A DNA stretch of 64,000 nucleotides from the NCBI GenBank assembly GCA_019894975.1, contig JAGXNO010000015.1, forward strand, positions 4,645 to 68,644, written 5' to 3'. The notes below the pieces were generated by a model, which was not told the origin of the DNA, did no database searches, and was given only the letters and a program-made list of their open reading frames with translations. The translations under genes and the position numbers were made by a program. The number at the start of each line of letters is the position of its first letter. The first letter of the stretch is position 1. This document shows, one piece after another, positions 61,195-64,000 of the stretch. The stretch is from Promethearchaeota archaeon. GTDB lineage: Archaea > Asgardarchaeota > Lokiarchaeia > Sigyniarchaeales > SOKP01.

Positions 61195-62307
61195 CTATGA
61201 GACAGGCTTCCAAAGAATACCTAATTTAGTTGCATAATTTTGAACTTCATGCATTTCTTCAGAGGTTGGGTTCCGATTTATTTCTGAAAATTGATAGGAC
61301 ATATATTGTGGACGATACTGTTTCATTATATTCACAACAGCATTAGGAAGTTCATTGGCAACATAGTCTAATATTGGTTTCGAACAACATTCAACATGAT
61401 TGGGAAGAACTAAATGCCGTATACAAATTTCTCCACTTCCTTCATCATGAACTCTTTTAAGGTTTCGAGTTAAAATATCATAGTAGTCATCTATCCCCGA
61501 ATATTTCTTGGCGCATTTATTATTACCATATTTAAAATCAGGCAACCAAAAATCCATAAGATCTATTATCAGTGAGAGAGATTTATCTGTTACAAAAAAA
61601 TTAGAATTCCATAGCTGGCATACATTAGATTGTTGGTGATTTAAACTACCAAGAATAGTATGAATATTGGGTATTGGATCTCCCCCAACATAGTTAATGT
61701 TTATTGCTCCTTTATCAACTAATTTTTCCGCAATATCTGCCAATTTTCTTGTGTCTACTTTTTGAGCAATATCATCCAAAGCTCTTTTTCCTTTCCATGT
61801 TTGAGATATGTCATAATTTTGACAGAACACACAACCAAAATTACATCCTTGGAAAAATATTGTTCCACTCGGGATTAGCACACTTTCTTCTCCCATATGA
61901 AGGAAAGCTGAAGACACATATGAATCTTTAGAAATTAAACAGAATCCTTTTTCTCCATCAATTCGATTTACTTCACATTGTCTTTCGCAGAAAACACAGT
62001 TTTCTAAATAATTGATTGCAATTGCTTCTGTTAAGGTAATATAATTATTCTTTTGAATACTTCTGTTTTCTAAATCGGCAGATTCATCGTTAAGAAGCTC
62101 GTTAAGATAAAATGAATTCTCTTCTAATAATTCCTCTAATTTTTCAACTGGATCATTTAAATTGAATTCACATTTTATGGTTTTCGCAATAATATATCGT
62201 GCTATCTGAGTCCCTTCAATGATTCCTCTGTATCTTGAATAACGCTTTGATATTTCTGTATTTTGCCATACTAACTCTGCATCAGGACGAAGTACTTTAA
62301 AAACCAT
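61195..62307 (-). CDS. Radical SAM protein (PflX-like)
   Basis: CVFCERQC.VNR, H.GEE, GCNFGCVFCQN, DFKYGN, RHLVLPNH, QYRP. Confidence 0.9.
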   Translation of the reverse strand: MVFKVLRPDAELVWQNTEISKRYSRYRGIIEGTQIARYIIAKTIKCEFNLNDPVEKLEELLEENSFYLNELLNDESADLENRSIQKNNYITLTEAIAINYLENCVFCERQCEVNRIDGEKGFCLISKDSYVSSAFLHMGEESVLIPSGTIFFQGCNFGCVFCQNYDISQTWKGKRALDDIAQKVDTRKLADIAEKLVDKGAININYVGGDPIPNIHTILGSLNHQQSNVCQLWNSNFFVTDKSLSLIIDLMDFWLPDFKYGNNKCAKKYSGIDDYYDILTRNLKRVHDEGSGEICIRHLVLPNHVECCSKPILDYVANELPNAVVNIMKQYRPQYMSYQFSEINRNPTSEEMHEVQNYATKLGILWKPVS

Positions 62308-62337
62308 AATATAAGATAATAAGGTCTTATTAATTAA

Positions 62338-63072
62338 CTAAACCTCAAAAGATAACCATTCGATAATGTTAGTCAAGAACTTCAAATTATCTCCTGAATC
62401 AAGGCCAAAATCACCATCTTCTGTAAGCCAATCAGAGGATCCTATTGTTACACATCTTCCTTCATAAAACTCAGAGACCGCACATACGGGAACAGGCCCT
62501 AAAGCCCCTAATTCATCATCAACATAATATTTAAATTCTGATTTTTCAGAAGTTATTATAATATCATCAACATCTTCTTCTGAAATTGTAAAGAAAGTAC
62601 AGTTCGGTAATACTAACTCGGTAATTCCCTCTGTGATAGGATGGTTAAATAATTCAGTAACCAATACATTTCTTTTCTTAACTAAAAAATTTGATGATGC
62701 TTCTTGAATGATTCCATTCCAAAACCTTCGAACTCCAGTTACCTTGTATAGAACTCTAATTGAACCTTGTTTCATAGGTATATCTCGATCTCCTCCATCT
62801 CCACTAGTCAAGAAAAGACTTCCACCTTCTCCTATGAATTTTTTAACAGCTTTTAATTCATCTTGTGTAAATTTATCCCCCTTTCCATCTTTAGAATGTT
62901 GAATATTTCCAATAAATAATATATCGTAATCTTCAAGCATATCGAAATCTATGGGGCCTTCATTTTTATCTATGTATTCTATTTCGTAATCTTCTTCAGT
63001 TAAAGAAAATTCAGGGAATTCTTCAATCTTTTCTTTGTGAGAAAGGTCGACTAAAATTGTGAATGGACTCAT
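62338..63072 (-). CDS. GIFT-domain (GldG/IFT52-like) protein
   Basis: ILVDLSHKE, F...EL.A.KKFI.EGGSL, HPITEG, GR.V.IGSS, N.KFL.NII.WL. Confidence 0.7.
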   Translation of the reverse strand: MSPFTILVDLSHKEKIEEFPEFSLTEEDYEIEYIDKNEGPIDFDMLEDYDILFIGNIQHSKDGKGDKFTQDELKAVKKFIGEGGSLFLTSGDGGDRDIPMKQGSIRVLYKVTGVRRFWNGIIQEASSNFLVKKRNVLVTELFNHPITEGITELVLPNCTFFTISEEDVDDIIITSEKSEFKYYVDDELGALGPVPVCAVSEFYEGRCVTIGSSDWLTEDGDFGLDSGDNLKFLTNIIEWLSFEV

Positions 63073-63322
63073 TTTTTGATGTCACTCAATTGTATCTGTC
63101 GTTAATTATTATGATGTTTATTCTTAGATCCTACACGAGGTTGTGCTATCTTAAGATAAAGCAATTTATTTTTATAAACGTATGTACTAATTATAAAGTT
63201 TTTCTATTTAATTTCTAATTCCTAATTCTCTCTTTTAAACTTTGTTAGATCAGTAAGACAGAGGATAATCCTTAAATAATTAGAGAGTAAATTAATAAAG
63301 ATCGAATAAGTAAAAAATTAAT

Positions 63323-64000
63323 CTATATAGGAACAAATTCGCGTTCAGCTGGACCCTCTTTTTTGATAACAGCAAGATCTATACCATTACCGCTTGCCAT
63401 ATCTCGAATTATACTGGAAGTAACAGCTTTTTTAATTATTTCCTTACCTTCTTCTATCGTTAAATTATCTTTGTACTTAGCTTCTAATACACCATAAGAA
63501 AAATTCTGACCACTTCCTACAGCGCAAAATTTTTCAGGAAGTATTGACCCGTAAGCCCCTATCGATAGAAGTGTAGGTCCTTCTTGTTCAGTAACTCCTC
63601 CTAACATTAAACCTACTTGAAAGGGAAACATTTTGTTAGCATATAATATATTTGATAATAATTTTCCAGCGGATTTGACTTGAATAGGCTTCCCTTCATG
63701 TGCTAGTTGATAAATCATGGTTTCTGCCCGTAATACGTCTACAAGATATAATGCGTCAGCAACTCCTCCTGCGATTGTCATCCACAGGTGTTCTTTAATT
63801 TCATGAAGCTTTTCAGCGGTTTTACTAGCAACGAAATAACCCATCGAAGCTCTCTTATCTGTCCCTAAGATAAGTGCATCTTTGCAAATCAGACCCGCGG
63901 TAGTTGTACCAGTTTTTAAGATTTTAGTCCTCAAATTTTCCTCAGATTTAGGTGTTTTCTCAAATTCAACCCCATACTTCTTCAGAACCTCAGAACTATA
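63323..64000 (-). CDS. psmB: Proteasome subunit beta (propeptide runs off window end)
   Basis: KTG|TTTAG, DKRASMG, TIAGGVAD, GSG...YGVLE, RDMASG; frame open to 64000. Confidence 0.93.
   Translation of the reverse strand, partial: YSSEVLKKYGVEFEKTPKSEENLRTKILKTGTTTAGLICKDALILGTDKRASMGYFVASKTAEKLHEIKEHLWMTIAGGVADALYLVDVLRAETMIYQLAHEGKPIQVKSAGKLLSNILYANKMFPFQVGLMLGGVTEQEGPTLLSIGAYGSILPEKFCAVGSGQNFSYGVLEAKYKDNLTIEEGKEIIKKAVTSSIIRDMASGNGIDLAVIKKEGPAEREFVPI

Overview
AT-rich archaeal chromosome segment, most consistent with an Asgard archaeon (Lokiarchaeia). The evidence is roadblock and longin-like genes, an EF-2 paralog lacking the diphthamide motif, aCPSF1, a proteasome beta subunit, an archaeal A1-U72 tRNA-Gln, and ITPK1-like kinases around ino1. 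Standout observation: gyrB is interrupted after codon 21 by a 53-nt insert (2982-3034, minus strand) carrying a stop and a frameshift. The insert folds into a near-canonical bulge-helix-bulge, and the predicted cut sites restore the conserved GLDGV|RKRPAMY motif exactly. This makes it a candidate tRNA-endonuclease-spliced intron in a protein-coding mRNA. Other notable items are a tRNA-Gln with a D-loop insert and C33; an ino1 + four ITPK1-like kinase + Lys-tailed HAD cluster; a 790-aa Zn-finger/winged-helix(PCI)/coat-appendage-like protein; a tandem pair of coiled-coil paralogs; a chemotaxis operon damaged by internal deletions; and asnS next to gatAB without gatC. No CRISPR array, rRNA or transposase was seen. 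All calls come from reading the sequence; no database searches were run.
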